A DNA stretch of 27,999 nucleotides from Candidatus Bipolaricaulia bacterium (GTDB lineage: Bacteria > Bipolaricaulota > Bipolaricaulia > JBHIAT01): the NCBI GenBank assembly GCA_046758705.1, contig JBHIAT010000028.1, forward strand, positions 1-27,999, written 5' to 3'. Made by a program: the position numbers and the translations under genes. Shown piece by piece: positions 16,569 through 27,337 of the stretch. Below the pieces are notes generated by a model, which was not told the origin of the DNA, did no database searches, and saw only the letters and a program-made list of their open reading frames with translations. Numbering within the stretch: the stretch's first letter is position 1; each line of letters begins with the position of its first letter.

Positions 16569-18452
16569 ATGCAGAAAGAGGATGGAACCATTCGACTATC
16601 GTTTTTCAATTTGTACCAGGAATACCGGGAGCAGGGGCAGAAATTGACCTCTCTCCAGTTCGAACAGTGGTCCAGAAAATGGATCGAGGAGCTTAAAGGG
16701 CAACAGATTCAATGGTGGGGACAAGTCTTGGATGCGCATGAAGTGGACGGGGGAATCCGAATCGACATTCAACCGTTACCCACCGATCGCAACGCATACC
16801 TCCATCTCAAACTGCCGATGGACCGGCTTGAGCAAGCACTGGAGCAGGAGAGAGGTGTGCTCACCATCTTTAGGGGTGTGATCAGTCAGATCCAGAGTGA
16901 ACCATTCGCTATTACACTAACTGATGTGGAATTTGTTGATGAACAGTCGGAGCAATTGGGGGCCGTGAGCCGGGGGTTCAGTGAGGAACTCGACGGAATC
17001 GAGGAGATGGCCAAGGCACCAGGGGAGATCGGCCTTGACGCTCAGGCCCAGGACGCAGCCTCTCCCATGACCGAGATACTTCAGGAGGAGTACGAGGACG
17101 CGCGCCAGGCAGCCGCCGAGATGCTAGAAACGATCGCTCCTGACGCTCAGGCTCAGGACGCGGTTTCCCCCATGACCGAGACACTTCAGGATGAGGATGA
17201 CTTCGTGCAACAGACAGCCGCCGACGCCCTAAAGGAGATCGCCCCTGACGCCCAGGCCCAGGACGCGGTTTCCCCCATGACCGAGATATTTCAGGATGAG
17301 GATGACTTCGTGCAACAGGCAGCCGCCGACGCCCTGGAGAAGATCGCCCCTGACGCTCAGGCCCAGGATGCGGTCTCCCCTATGACCGAGACACTTCAGG
17401 AGGAGGATGACCTCATGCAACAGGCAGCCGCCGAGGCCCTAAAGGAGATCGCCCCTGACGCCCAGGCCCAGGACGCAGCCTCTCCCATGACCGAGATACT
17501 TCAGGAGGAGGACGATCTCGTGCAACAGGCAGCCGCCGACGCCCTGGAGAAGATCGCCCCTGACACCCAAGCCCAGGATGCAACCTCCCCCATGGCCGAG
17601 ACACCTCAGGATGAGGACGATCTCGTGCAACAGGCAGCCGCCGACGCCCTGGAGAAGATTGCCCCTGACGCTCAGGCCCAGGATGCGGTCTCCCCCATGG
17701 CCGAGATACCTCAGGATGAGGACGAGGGCATGCACCAGCAAGCCACCGAGACCTTGGAGACGATCAACCCTGATGCCGGAGATGCAGTCCCCGCCTTGAT
17801 CGAGGTGTTGCGGACTGCGGATGCAAAGGGACGCGAGGCAGCCGCCGGGGCGCTGGGGAAGATCGGCCCTGATGCCGGAGATGCAGCCCCCGTCTTGACC
17901 GAAGCGTTGCGGGATGCGGTCTTTCAAGTACGCCTGCGGGCTGCTGAGGCGTTGGGGATGATCGGTCCTGATGCCCGAGCCGCGGTCCCTGCCTTGATTG
18001 AAACGCTGCAGGATACGATCTCCTTCGTGCGCCTGCAAGCTGCCGAGACGCTGGGGATGATTGGCCCTGCTGCCCGAGCTGCAGTTCCCAACTTGATCGA
18101 ATTGCTGCGGGATGAGGATGAAAAGATGCGTCGGATAACTGCCGGAGCGCTGGGGAAGATCGGCCCTGCTGCGGTCCCTGCCTTGGACGAGGCGCTGCAT
18201 GATGAGGACCCGCTCGTACGCCGGACAGCCGCCCGGGTGCTGGGGTTGACTGGCCCTGACGCCCAAGCCGTAGCTCCCACCCTCGTTAACGCGCTGCGGG
18301 ATGAGGATGACAAGGTGCGTGAGGCAGCTGCCTCTGCGCTGGAGAGTATCGGTCCCGCCGTAGTTCCCGACCTGGACAAGGTGTTGCAGGATGAGGACGA
18401 GGACGTGCGCGAGATAGCCACCCGGGTGCTCAAGAAGATCAAGGGGAAGTAA
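16569..18452 (+). CDS. HEAT-repeat protein with an N-terminal globular (possibly OB-fold) domain and an acidic tandem-repeat middle
   Basis: The C-terminal third has canonical HEAT/PBS repeats (AVPALIE.L.D....VR..AA.ALG.IGP). The middle has 7 x 35-aa repeats. Purine-rich ribosome-binding site. Confidence 0.88.
   Translation: MQKEDGTIRLSFFNLYQEYREQGQKLTSLQFEQWSRKWIEELKGQQIQWWGQVLDAHEVDGGIRIDIQPLPTDRNAYLHLKLPMDRLEQALEQERGVLTIFRGVISQIQSEPFAITLTDVEFVDEQSEQLGAVSRGFSEELDGIEEMAKAPGEIGLDAQAQDAASPMTEILQEEYEDARQAAAEMLETIAPDAQAQDAVSPMTETLQDEDDFVQQTAADALKEIAPDAQAQDAVSPMTEIFQDEDDFVQQAAADALEKIAPDAQAQDAVSPMTETLQEEDDLMQQAAAEALKEIAPDAQAQDAASPMTEILQEEDDLVQQAAADALEKIAPDTQAQDATSPMAETPQDEDDLVQQAAADALEKIAPDAQAQDAVSPMAEIPQDEDEGMHQQATETLETINPDAGDAVPALIEVLRTADAKGREAAAGALGKIGPDAGDAAPVLTEALRDAVFQVRLRAAEALGMIGPDARAAVPALIETLQDTISFVRLQAAETLGMIGPAARAAVPNLIELLRDEDEKMRRITAGALGKIGPAAVPALDEALHDEDPLVRRTAARVLGLTGPDAQAVAPTLVNALRDEDDKVREAAASALESIGPAVVPDLDKVLQDEDEDVREIATRVLKKIKGK
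17028..17762 (+). repeat. Seven tandem 105-bp coding repeats (35 aa each)
   Basis: Unit IAPDAQAQDAVSPMTETLQDEDDLVQQAAADALEK. The period was checked directly (TCAGG at 17081 and 17186). Confidence 0.95.
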
Positions 18453-18489
18453 AGAGGTCCGGCTACGGATCACTCACTCATCTTCTCTA

Positions 18490-20094
18490 TCAACGGGATG
18501 CTAACAAGATCCCCACCTGGATCAACCCGATCAGAAGGCCGAGAAGCGCCCCGAACCAGGTGATCGCCCGGAGCTGATTCCCGGTGACGTCGAGCACCAA
18601 CGCCTCGATCTCTTTGGTGGAGAACTGCTGCAGGTTCTCCACCACCAATCCCTTGATATCGATGGCCTCCAGGATGCCTGGCACTTCGGCCTTGAGCAGT
18701 TCGATCGTCTTGGCCGCCGCCAGCTCCCGCCCCTCGATCACATACCGCTCCGGTATCCGGTCTGCGAGTCGACCGATCGGACGATCGAGCCATCGGTCGA
18801 TTGGCGCCTTAAGGGATTCAGCGATCGAGTTCGCCGTCTCTTGGTCTTGCAACGACGAGATCAGCAGAGCGGTCGCGCGCTCCCGGACCATCTGATCGAC
18901 CGACTCAGGGAGCCACTCTCCGATAGGCCGATCCCGATGGTCCGCGATCCAGTTCGTGATCGCACCCTCTGCTCCCTCAATCAGTCGGCGACTCCGGGCG
19001 GCCTTTAACATAGCGCTCAGCGCCCGCTCCTTGAGATCGTCCACCGTTCCGTCGGCGACATCATCGAATAGCTCACCGACATTCCAGTCCAACAACGAGT
19101 GGAACGCATCGACGATCGCGCGATAGATCTTCCGCTGTATCTGCTTCTCCCTGAGCGCGTTTGCCAGATGGGGAACGCCTTCCTCTACACCGCGGTCGAT
19201 CTGCGCCCTCAGCTCCTCGGCGGTGATGACGAACGCTTCCATCATGCCGAACTTGAACTGACCCCAGAACGAGTTCTCATTGAAGCTCTCCTGGAACAGC
19301 CGGTCCATCACCTCGTAGAGGTAAAGCTTGATCCGGTCCTTCACCGCCTCCGTTTCTACCGTCTCGACGAGTCGATCGACGATTTCAGGGAACCATACCT
19401 CAAGCTTCGATTCCAACAGCCCGGTGAGCGACTCGGGGAGGTAATCCCCGAGTTTCCCATCAGCGCTTCTCAGTGATACAATCCGTTCGTCGAGAAACTC
19501 TCTGAGCTTGTGCTCAACTCGATCATTCCCGAGCAATGTCTCCAGGAACTCCCCCGCATGGGCGGGCAACCTCTCCAACGCCTCTTCGGAGAGAAGTGCA
19601 TCGGCTCGGCTCTCCAACAACGCTTTGAACCTCCGGTCGACCACCTCCTGGATCAATCCCGTGATCTCGTCACTCACCAGCAACTCATGGATCCAGGTCT
19701 CCAACCGATCCTGAACCCTGACGATGATCTCCTCCCACCCGTCCGAGATCGTCTCGGGGATGAGCGAGCGGATGCTCCCCAGGTCCCGGTTCAACCAAGT
19801 CGAGACTGAATCTCCGATGATCGTCCCGATCCGCTCCCGCACCGACTCACGCTCGATTCGTGCTGCAACCGTCTCCTGAGTAACCAGATGATCGGAGACG
19901 GTTGTGCCGATGTTATCGATAATCCGAGCCCGTTGTCTGGGAATGACTCCCGGGGTGAACGGCACCCTCACGCCGAAGATCCGCTTCTCGGTTAGCGGCC
20001 GAAACAGCATCCGGATGGCCACCCAGTTGGTTATATAGCCGATCACCGCTCCGATGAGCGGGAGCAAGATCCAGATCCATGGTTGAAACGGCAT
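18490..20094 (-). CDS. DUF445-family membrane-anchored helical protein
   Basis: N-terminal IGAVIGYITNWVAIRMLFRP..TPGVIPRQR and C-terminal EIEALV...QLRAITWFGALLGLLIG. Confidence 0.9.
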   Translation of the reverse strand: MPFQPWIWILLPLIGAVIGYITNWVAIRMLFRPLTEKRIFGVRVPFTPGVIPRQRARIIDNIGTTVSDHLVTQETVAARIERESVRERIGTIIGDSVSTWLNRDLGSIRSLIPETISDGWEEIIVRVQDRLETWIHELLVSDEITGLIQEVVDRRFKALLESRADALLSEEALERLPAHAGEFLETLLGNDRVEHKLREFLDERIVSLRSADGKLGDYLPESLTGLLESKLEVWFPEIVDRLVETVETEAVKDRIKLYLYEVMDRLFQESFNENSFWGQFKFGMMEAFVITAEELRAQIDRGVEEGVPHLANALREKQIQRKIYRAIVDAFHSLLDWNVGELFDDVADGTVDDLKERALSAMLKAARSRRLIEGAEGAITNWIADHRDRPIGEWLPESVDQMVRERATALLISSLQDQETANSIAESLKAPIDRWLDRPIGRLADRIPERYVIEGRELAAAKTIELLKAEVPGILEAIDIKGLVVENLQQFSTKEIEALVLDVTGNQLRAITWFGALLGLLIGLIQVGILLASR

Positions 20095-20282
20095 AACGTT
20101 AACTCCAATGCCAGATTACTTCTCAGAGCAAGCTATTTCAAGTTGTTCTCAGGATAGAGGCCTGCGGTCGTTGCCCTCGCTGGTCGACAGCTCTTGACGA
20201 ATGGACACTTAACATGTATTTGTACTGGTGGGAACAATCTCAGTAACTATGCCCGGAAAGGGGAAGTGTGTAGTCTACTCGC

Positions 20283-21191
20283 ATGACTGAGGCACTTCGG
20301 GTTGAGCACTTGTCTAAGACGTTCAACGGAACGCGTGTGGTCGAGGACCTCTCTTTCTCAGTCCAAGCTGGAGAGATCTTTGGCCTCATCGGGCCGAATG
20401 GGGCCGGCAAGACAACCACCATTCGTATGCTACTTCATATCCTCCAGCCTGATACAGGAGAGGTGTCACTGTTCGGCTGCCCTTTGGACGCCGAGGCCCG
20501 GCATCGCATCGGATATCTGCCTGAGGAACGGGGTCTCTACCGCCAAGCCCGCACCGAGGAGGTGCTGGTCTATCTGAGCCAGTTGAAAGGCCTCTCCGCC
20601 CAGGAGGCCCGCCGCCGGGCCGCGGAGGTCTTGGAGCAGCTCGTCATGGCGGAACACGCCCACAAGAAGATCTCCGAGCTGAGCCGCGGGATGAGCCAGC
20701 TGATTCAATTTGGGGTGACGGTCATCCATCAGCCCGATCTGGTCATTCTGGACGAGCCGTTTGCGGGTCTGGATCCGGTGAACACCCAACGACTCAAGGA
20801 GTTGGTGGCAGACCTTCAGGCCCGGGACGCAGCGGTCATCCTGTCCACTCACCAGATGAACGCTGTGGAAGAGCTGTGCGACCAGGTGTTGATGATCAAC
20901 CGGGGTCAAACCGTCCTCTATGGCCCGGTGACCGAGGTGAAGCAACGCTACCGGAATAACTCGCTGTTCATCGTCTGGGACGGCCCGCGGGATGAGGTAA
21001 GCGAGGTGGTCCGGTGGGAGGACCGGGGCCTGTACTGGGAAGCCTTCCTGGCCGACGATATCTCTCCCGAGGAGGCTCTCCAGAAGATACTCTGTCTCGG
21101 CGGGACCCTGTCGCTGTTTCAGCTCTCCAGTCCCAGTTTAAACGAGGTCTTCCTACGGGTGGTCAGCGAGGGGAAGCCAGCACGTGAGTAA
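20283..21191 (+). CDS. ABC-2 type transporter ATP-binding protein
   Basis: GPNGAGKTT, IGYLPEERGLY, LSRGM, ILDEPFAGLDPVN, ILSTH. Confidence 0.95.
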   Translation: MTEALRVEHLSKTFNGTRVVEDLSFSVQAGEIFGLIGPNGAGKTTTIRMLLHILQPDTGEVSLFGCPLDAEARHRIGYLPEERGLYRQARTEEVLVYLSQLKGLSAQEARRRAAEVLEQLVMAEHAHKKISELSRGMSQLIQFGVTVIHQPDLVILDEPFAGLDPVNTQRLKELVADLQARDAAVILSTHQMNAVEELCDQVLMINRGQTVLYGPVTEVKQRYRNNSLFIVWDGPRDEVSEVVRWEDRGLYWEAFLADDISPEEALQKILCLGGTLSLFQLSSPSLNEVFLRVVSEGKPARE

Positions 21192-22398
21192 GACCATCAC
21201 CGTCCTGCTCTTCGAGCTACGATCGATCCTCCGGCGACGCCTGTTTCTGATCATGACGGTCGCCTTTCCCATCCTGGCGCTCCTCCTGATCTTGATCGTC
21301 CGTCTTGTCTCCCCCGGCGATGGTGAGCCAGAGCTTCACGGGTATGTAGACCAGTGGGGTCGTCTCCCCGCCGAACTCCCGGCTGAGATCCCTCTGCGCC
21401 CCTTCCCTAGCCAGGAAAAAGCTCAGGCCGCTCTCCTCAATGATGAGATCGAGATCTACTTTGCGATCCCGACCAACTATGTAGAGACGGGCATCGTCCA
21501 GCAATACCGGACATCGGAGACCAGTATCTTCGACGATGAGGATGAAGGTGCTCTGGCTATCCTTCGCACCCTGCTGATCCAGGCCCTGGTGATTGACGAG
21601 GTGACGCCGGAGATCGCGGCCAGAGTCCAACAGCCGGTCCTCATCGAAACGGTCCGGCTGACCTCCGAAGGGGAGATCGCTCCCGAGGAACGGGATCGGT
21701 TCTCCCGGTTCATCATCCCCTACGTCTTCAGTCTGTTGTTGTTGATGTCCATCTTATTCTCCTCGGGGTTCATGGTCCAGAGTGTGGCCGAGGAAAAGCA
21801 GTCCCGCACCATCGAGATCCTCCTCTCTTCGGTCTCCCCTGCCACACTGATGGCGGGGAAGATCCTGGGCCTGGGTACCGCCGGCCTGCTCCAGATCCTG
21901 GTGTGGCTGATTTCAGCGTTGTTTCTGGTTTCCGTCGCAGGGTCTATTCTTCCGCTTCCAGGTGATATGGCCATCGACCCAGCGATGCTCGGCTTGGGGG
22001 TTGTCTTCTTCGTGCTGGGCTATCTGTTCTTCGCGACGATCCTGGCAAGCATAGGGGCCATAGCGACGTCGACCCAGGAAGGGTCTCAGATTAGTGGATT
22101 CGTCTCGCTTATCGCCGTCATTCCCCTGTGGTTTGTGACGTTCATCATCGACGAACCCAACGGAGCCCTGGCCCGAGTTCTCACCCTGATCCCGTTCACT
22201 GCCCCGGTGACGGTCATGTTGCGGTTGTCTGCAACATCTCTCCCCTGGCTAGACATCTTTGGTGGTACCGTTTTGCTGGCCGTGTCAAGCGTTGGGACCC
22301 TGTTCCTTTCGGCCCGGATCTTCCGCACTTATTTGCTGCTCTATGGGAGGCGCCCGGGCCTGCGGGAGTTGTGGCGGACGTTGCGAACTGCAGGATAA
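21184..22398 (+). CDS. ABC-2 type transporter permease (NatB/YhaP-like)
   Basis: Multiple transmembrane segments and SVAEEKQSRTIEILLSSV..GKILG. Overlaps the ATPase gene. Confidence 0.92.
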   Translation: MSKTITVLLFELRSILRRRLFLIMTVAFPILALLLILIVRLVSPGDGEPELHGYVDQWGRLPAELPAEIPLRPFPSQEKAQAALLNDEIEIYFAIPTNYVETGIVQQYRTSETSIFDDEDEGALAILRTLLIQALVIDEVTPEIAARVQQPVLIETVRLTSEGEIAPEERDRFSRFIIPYVFSLLLLMSILFSSGFMVQSVAEEKQSRTIEILLSSVSPATLMAGKILGLGTAGLLQILVWLISALFLVSVAGSILPLPGDMAIDPAMLGLGVVFFVLGYLFFATILASIGAIATSTQEGSQISGFVSLIAVIPLWFVTFIIDEPNGALARVLTLIPFTAPVTVMLRLSATSLPWLDIFGGTVLLAVSSVGTLFLSARIFRTYLLLYGRRPGLRELWRTLRTAG

Positions 22399-22404
22399 TC
22401 GGAT

Positions 22405-24193
<1,789 letters not shown>

Positions 24194-24212
24194 GGGAGGG
24201 AAACGGAAGTAG

Positions 24213-24671
24213 ATGCCGGAGGAACTTAAGGTCACCAAGATCGAGCACGGCACGGTGATCGACCACATCAGGCCGGGACTGGCCCCCCAGGTGTTGAACA
24301 TCTTAGGAATCGACCGGGATTTCCCCAGCACCGTGATCGTGGCGATGAATGTCCAGAGCCTGCGGCATCAGAGCAAGGATATCGTCAAGGTGGAGAACCA
24401 GATCCTAGACAAGCAAGAGATGAACAAAATCGCCATCATCTCACCGAATGCGACCATCAACATCATCCAAGGATTTGAGGTGATCGAGAAGCGCAAGGTG
24501 ACCCTTCCCCATGAGCTCATCGGGATCGCCAAATGCCCGAACCGCAACTGCATCACCAACCACGAGGCGATCGAGTCGTTCTTCATCGTGGAGTGCGAAG
24601 CACCGCTGGAGCTACGCTGTCATTATTGTGAGGATCTGTTCGGAGAGGACCGGGTGGAGATCTACCGTTAA
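24213..24671 (+). CDS. pyrI: Aspartate carbamoyltransferase regulatory subunit
   Basis: GTVIDHI, KDIVKVE, ATINII, and Zn ligands CPNRNC...CHYC. Confidence 0.97.
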   Translation: MPEELKVTKIEHGTVIDHIRPGLAPQVLNILGIDRDFPSTVIVAMNVQSLRHQSKDIVKVENQILDKQEMNKIAIISPNATINIIQGFEVIEKRKVTLPHELIGIAKCPNRNCITNHEAIESFFIVECEAPLELRCHYCEDLFGEDRVEIYR

Positions 24672-24693
24672 TCCAAGGGCGAGGTGACCAGAA

Positions 24694-25263
24694 GTGCGGT
24701 TGTTCTTCTGTATTGAACTCGACGATCAGACCCGAAAGAGGCTCGACAAGATATCCAAGACCCTGCGGGAGCGAACCGCTGCCCGAGTCAACTGGGTGCA
24801 CCAGGAGAACTTACATGCCACCGTCAAGTTCCTCGGCGAGGTAGAGGCAGGGCGGGTCGAGGAGCTTAGAGAGGCAGTGCAGCAGGCGCTCATTGGCATC
24901 GCTCCATCCGAGATGGTCATCGATCGACTCGGCGTGTTCCCCAACCCCGATCGACCGCGGGTCCTGTGGGTCGGAAGCGAGACCACCCCACAAGAGATCC
25001 TGCAGTTACACGACGCTTTGGAAGCACAACTCGAGGTTCTGGGGTTCGAGCGGGACCGGAACCGCTATCATTTCCATATCACGCTGGGTCGGGTGAAGGA
25101 GCGGAGCCGTTGGAAGGTCGAGGCGCTCGCTCGGGCGATCCAGAGATTCGAACTCGATACGAGCTATCCGATCCGTGTCGACGAACTGGCGCTCATGGAG
25201 AGTACGCTCACGCGGGAGGGGCCCATCTATCAGCCCGTTTTCCGATTGGCATTCGGGGAATAG
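24694..25263 (+). CDS. thpR: RNA 2',3'-cyclic phosphodiesterase (2H family)
   Basis: RLFF, two HxT motifs (LHATVKFLG, FHITLGR), PRVLW, ES.L...GP.Y. Confidence 0.93.
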   Translation: MRLFFCIELDDQTRKRLDKISKTLRERTAARVNWVHQENLHATVKFLGEVEAGRVEELREAVQQALIGIAPSEMVIDRLGVFPNPDRPRVLWVGSETTPQEILQLHDALEAQLEVLGFERDRNRYHFHITLGRVKERSRWKVEALARAIQRFELDTSYPIRVDELALMESTLTREGPIYQPVFRLAFGE

Positions 25264-25285
25264 GCGCAGAAACGGGATCGGCAGC

Positions 25286-25708
25286 ATGCCATTCGAATAC
25301 ATCGATCACGAGGCCGATGCGTGGGTAATCGGCATCGGTGCGACGCCCGAGGAGGCGTTTGTCGAAGGTGCCAAAGCAACCTTCAATCTGATGGTCGATA
25401 TCGAACAGATGACCCCCAGGAAGACGGTCGAGATCTCCTGCCGTGCGGATGATATCGAGGAACTGTTCGTCGCCTGGCTGAATGAGCTGATCCTGGCCAA
25501 AGATATCCACGGGCTCGTCTTCTCCGACTTCGAGGTCGCGATCCGCGAGACCAACACGGGATTCGAGCTCACCGGGAAGGCCCGTGGAGAGCCCCCGGAT
25601 CCTGAGAGACACGAGCTTCGCACCGAAGTGAAGGCGGCAACCTACCACGGTCTCAAATTCGAGCGAACCGATGGGGAGTACCGGGTCGGATGTGTGGTTG
25701 ATCTGTAG
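25286..25708 (+). CDS. Archease
   Basis: FEYIDHEAD, L.VAWLNEL, EVKAATYHGL, C-terminal VVDL. Confidence 0.93.
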   Translation: MPFEYIDHEADAWVIGIGATPEEAFVEGAKATFNLMVDIEQMTPRKTVEISCRADDIEELFVAWLNELILAKDIHGLVFSDFEVAIRETNTGFELTGKARGEPPDPERHELRTEVKAATYHGLKFERTDGEYRVGCVVDL

Positions 25709-25767
25709 GACTGTATGGCTACATCAAATCGGGGGGACCTCCGCCCATCGGAATCTTGGTCATAGGC

Positions 25768-25813
25768 TTGACGATGTCTGGGAAGTAAGCTATACTTGCT
25801 ATAGTAATACTAT
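25768..25813 (+). promoter_or_regulatory. Promoter and operator of the vapBC-type toxin-antitoxin operon
   Basis: TTGACG-N17-TATACT (25768-25796) followed by the palindrome ATAGTA-A-TACTAT (25801-25813). Confidence 0.7.
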
Positions 25814-25836
25814 TATGAAAAAGTAAGGAGATAGCG

Positions 25837-26085
25837 ATGATCGGGAGTAAACTGACGTCCAAAGGTCAGACGACAGTTCCCAAGAAGATCAGAGACTATC
25901 TGGGCCTACGGCCCGGGGATCGTGTGCTCTTCCTTATCAAGGACGGGGAGGTGATGCTGCAAGGTCTCAAGGAGACCCTCTTGGATCTACGAGGCAGTGT
26001 CAAGGCCCGTCAGCAGCCTGAAGAGTTTGACAAGGTCCGCCAACAGGTCAAACGCCGGATCGCCCGAAAGACCGCCCATGAGTAA
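25837..26085 (+). CDS. AbrB/MazE/SpoVT-family antitoxin
   Basis: KLTSKGQTTVPKKIRDYLGLRPGD. AAGGAG ribosome-binding site. Confidence 0.92.
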   Translation: MIGSKLTSKGQTTVPKKIRDYLGLRPGDRVLFLIKDGEVMLQGLKETLLDLRGSVKARQQPEEFDKVRQQVKRRIARKTAHE

Positions 26086-26500
26086 GTACTTTGTCGATAC
26101 GAATGTCTTCCTGCGCTTCCTCACCAACGATGTCCCTACCCAAGCCGAGGCTGTGGTGCGCCTGCTGCAGCGGGCGGCCGAGGGGAAAGTCGTGTTGCAG
26201 ACCAGTGTGTTAGTGCTGGCGGAGATCGTCTGGACGCTGGAATCATACTACGAGTTGTCCCGCGAGGAGATCAAAGCCAAGGTGCTGGCCATCTTGAATA
26301 CTCCGGGACTCCAGGTGGAGAATGCCGAACTCATCGGTCAAGCCATCCTGCTTTATGTGGACAAGAACGTGGACTATATCGATGCATATAACGCCTATTG
26401 GATGACCCAGCAGGGACTCTCCCAAGCTTACACGTTCGATACCAAACACTTCGCCCGGGCCGAGGGGGTCGTGTCGCTGGTGCCGGGAACCGATGAGTGA
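26078..26500 (+). CDS. PIN-domain (VapC-like) toxin
   Basis: FVDTNVFLRFL, VLAEIVW, DYIDA, YTFD. Its start overlaps the antitoxin stop. Confidence 0.92.
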   Translation: MSKYFVDTNVFLRFLTNDVPTQAEAVVRLLQRAAEGKVVLQTSVLVLAEIVWTLESYYELSREEIKAKVLAILNTPGLQVENAELIGQAILLYVDKNVDYIDAYNAYWMTQQGLSQAYTFDTKHFARAEGVVSLVPGTDE

Positions 26501-26511
26501 AGTGAAATTGG
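26465..26511 (+). repeat. Imperfect direct repeat, copy 1 (3' end of the vapC-like gene)
   Basis: 40/47 identical by manual alignment to 27655-27701. Confidence 0.85.
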
Positions 26512-26512
26512 C

Positions 26513-26614
26513 TCAGACTGTTCCTATATCTACAAATTCGGTGCGAATAGAATAGTGCTTGAGCCGTATAGCCTCCCGAACCTGATCAAGAAGTTTCTTG
26601 GGGCGTCTATTCAT
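26513..26614 (-). pseudogene. intI: Integron integrase N-terminal stub
   Basis: Translates MNRRPKKLLDQVREAIRLKHYSIRTE(FVDIGTV*). LLDQVR..IR..HYS.RTE is the characteristic IntI N-terminus. It is divergent from the attI site and cassette. Confidence 0.88.
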
Positions 26615-26617
26615 TGA

Positions 26618-26647
26618 TTGACTTCATGGGATATATGAGTGTATATT
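26618..26647 (+). promoter_or_regulatory. Candidate cassette promoter (Pc-like)
   Basis: TTGACT-N18-TATATT just upstream of the intI start, pointing toward attI. Confidence 0.45.
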
Positions 26648-26685
26648 GCGACTCGGAGGTGATTTACTCAGTTGTGGCAAGTGTA

Positions 26686-26844
26686 TTAGGCGGAAGGAAT
26701 ATCCGTCTAATACACCTGATCGGGGGTTTAGACGGAAAAGTAGCTGTCTAAGACGTTAATCAGAGGTTTAGATGGAAGGATGTCTGTCTAAAACGCTTGA
26801 CGGGGAATTAGATGGGAAGATGTCCACATAATTAATAGTTAGGC
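26686..26844 (+). repeat. attI region: four palindromic 24-25-bp units at ~40-bp period ending in a simple site
   Basis: Units TTAGRYGG..GTCTAA start at 26686, 26728, 26768 and 26808 (the last ends ACATAA), separated by 17, 16 and 16 nt. The simple site is ACATAAT-TAATA-GTTAGGC (26826-26844). Confidence 0.78.
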
Positions 26845-26870
26845 TGAGATCACAAGAAGATCATTGGGGG

Positions 26871-26903
26871 TTGCGTGAATTGGTGGTATCGCATATAATA
26901 CCA
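26871..26903 (+). promoter_or_regulatory. Cassette-internal toxin-antitoxin promoter with operator
   Basis: TTGCGT-N17-TATAAT. The inverted repeat TGGTAT-N8-ATACCA (26884-26903) straddles the -10 box. Confidence 0.72.
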
Positions 26904-26908
26904 TATCG

Positions 26909-27337
26909 GTGGCAGAAACGAAGGTCGTTCTTGACACAAGCGTCCTCGTCGCCGGGCTTCGGTCACGACGAGGGGCTGCTTTCGCGTTGTTGTCTCTGGT
27001 TGGGACAGGGCGATTCGATATCGCGCTCTCGGTCCCACTAGTTCTGGAGTACGAGGATGCGTTACTACGACAGGTCGAAGAGTCTTGGCTAAAGGAGTCC
27101 GATGTCGGAGATCTTCTCGACTACTTGTGTTCTGTCGCCATACGCCAGGAGATTTTCTTCCTTTGGCGGCCATATCTCCGTGACCCGGAGGACGACATGG
27201 TTCTGGAGCTGGCGGTTGCTGCAGGCTGCGAAGCGATTATCACATACAACCGACGAGATTTCGCAAATGCTGAGAGCTTCGGCCTTCGCGTGCTGACCCC
27301 AGCAGAGTTCTTGGATGAGATAGGAGGAGCACGATGA
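26909..27337 (+). CDS. PIN-family toxin (toxin-first module)
   Basis: VVLDTSVLVAGLRS, SVPLVLEYE, WRPYLRDPEDDMVLELA, IITYN..DF. Confidence 0.92.
   Translation: MAETKVVLDTSVLVAGLRSRRGAAFALLSLVGTGRFDIALSVPLVLEYEDALLRQVEESWLKESDVGDLLDYLCSVAIRQEIFFLWRPYLRDPEDDMVLELAVAAGCEAIITYNRRDFANAESFGLRVLTPAEFLDEIGGAR

Noticed and set aside
17028-17762. 105-bp repeats as CRISPR or a non-coding array
   Set aside because: They are contiguous in-frame coding repeats with no unique spacers.
25175-25285. N-terminal extensions in the ORF track for archease (also pyrB, the PIN toxin, the acetamidase and the methyltransferase)
   Set aside because: They overlap upstream genes or promoters. Downstream ATGs fit the family N-termini and, where present, the ribosome-binding sites better.
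26686-26831. Palindromic repeats with spacers as a mini-CRISPR array
   Set aside because: The spacers are only 16-17 nt and partly similar to each other, the repeats are degenerate, and no cas genes are present. The position between intI and the cassette fits attI better.
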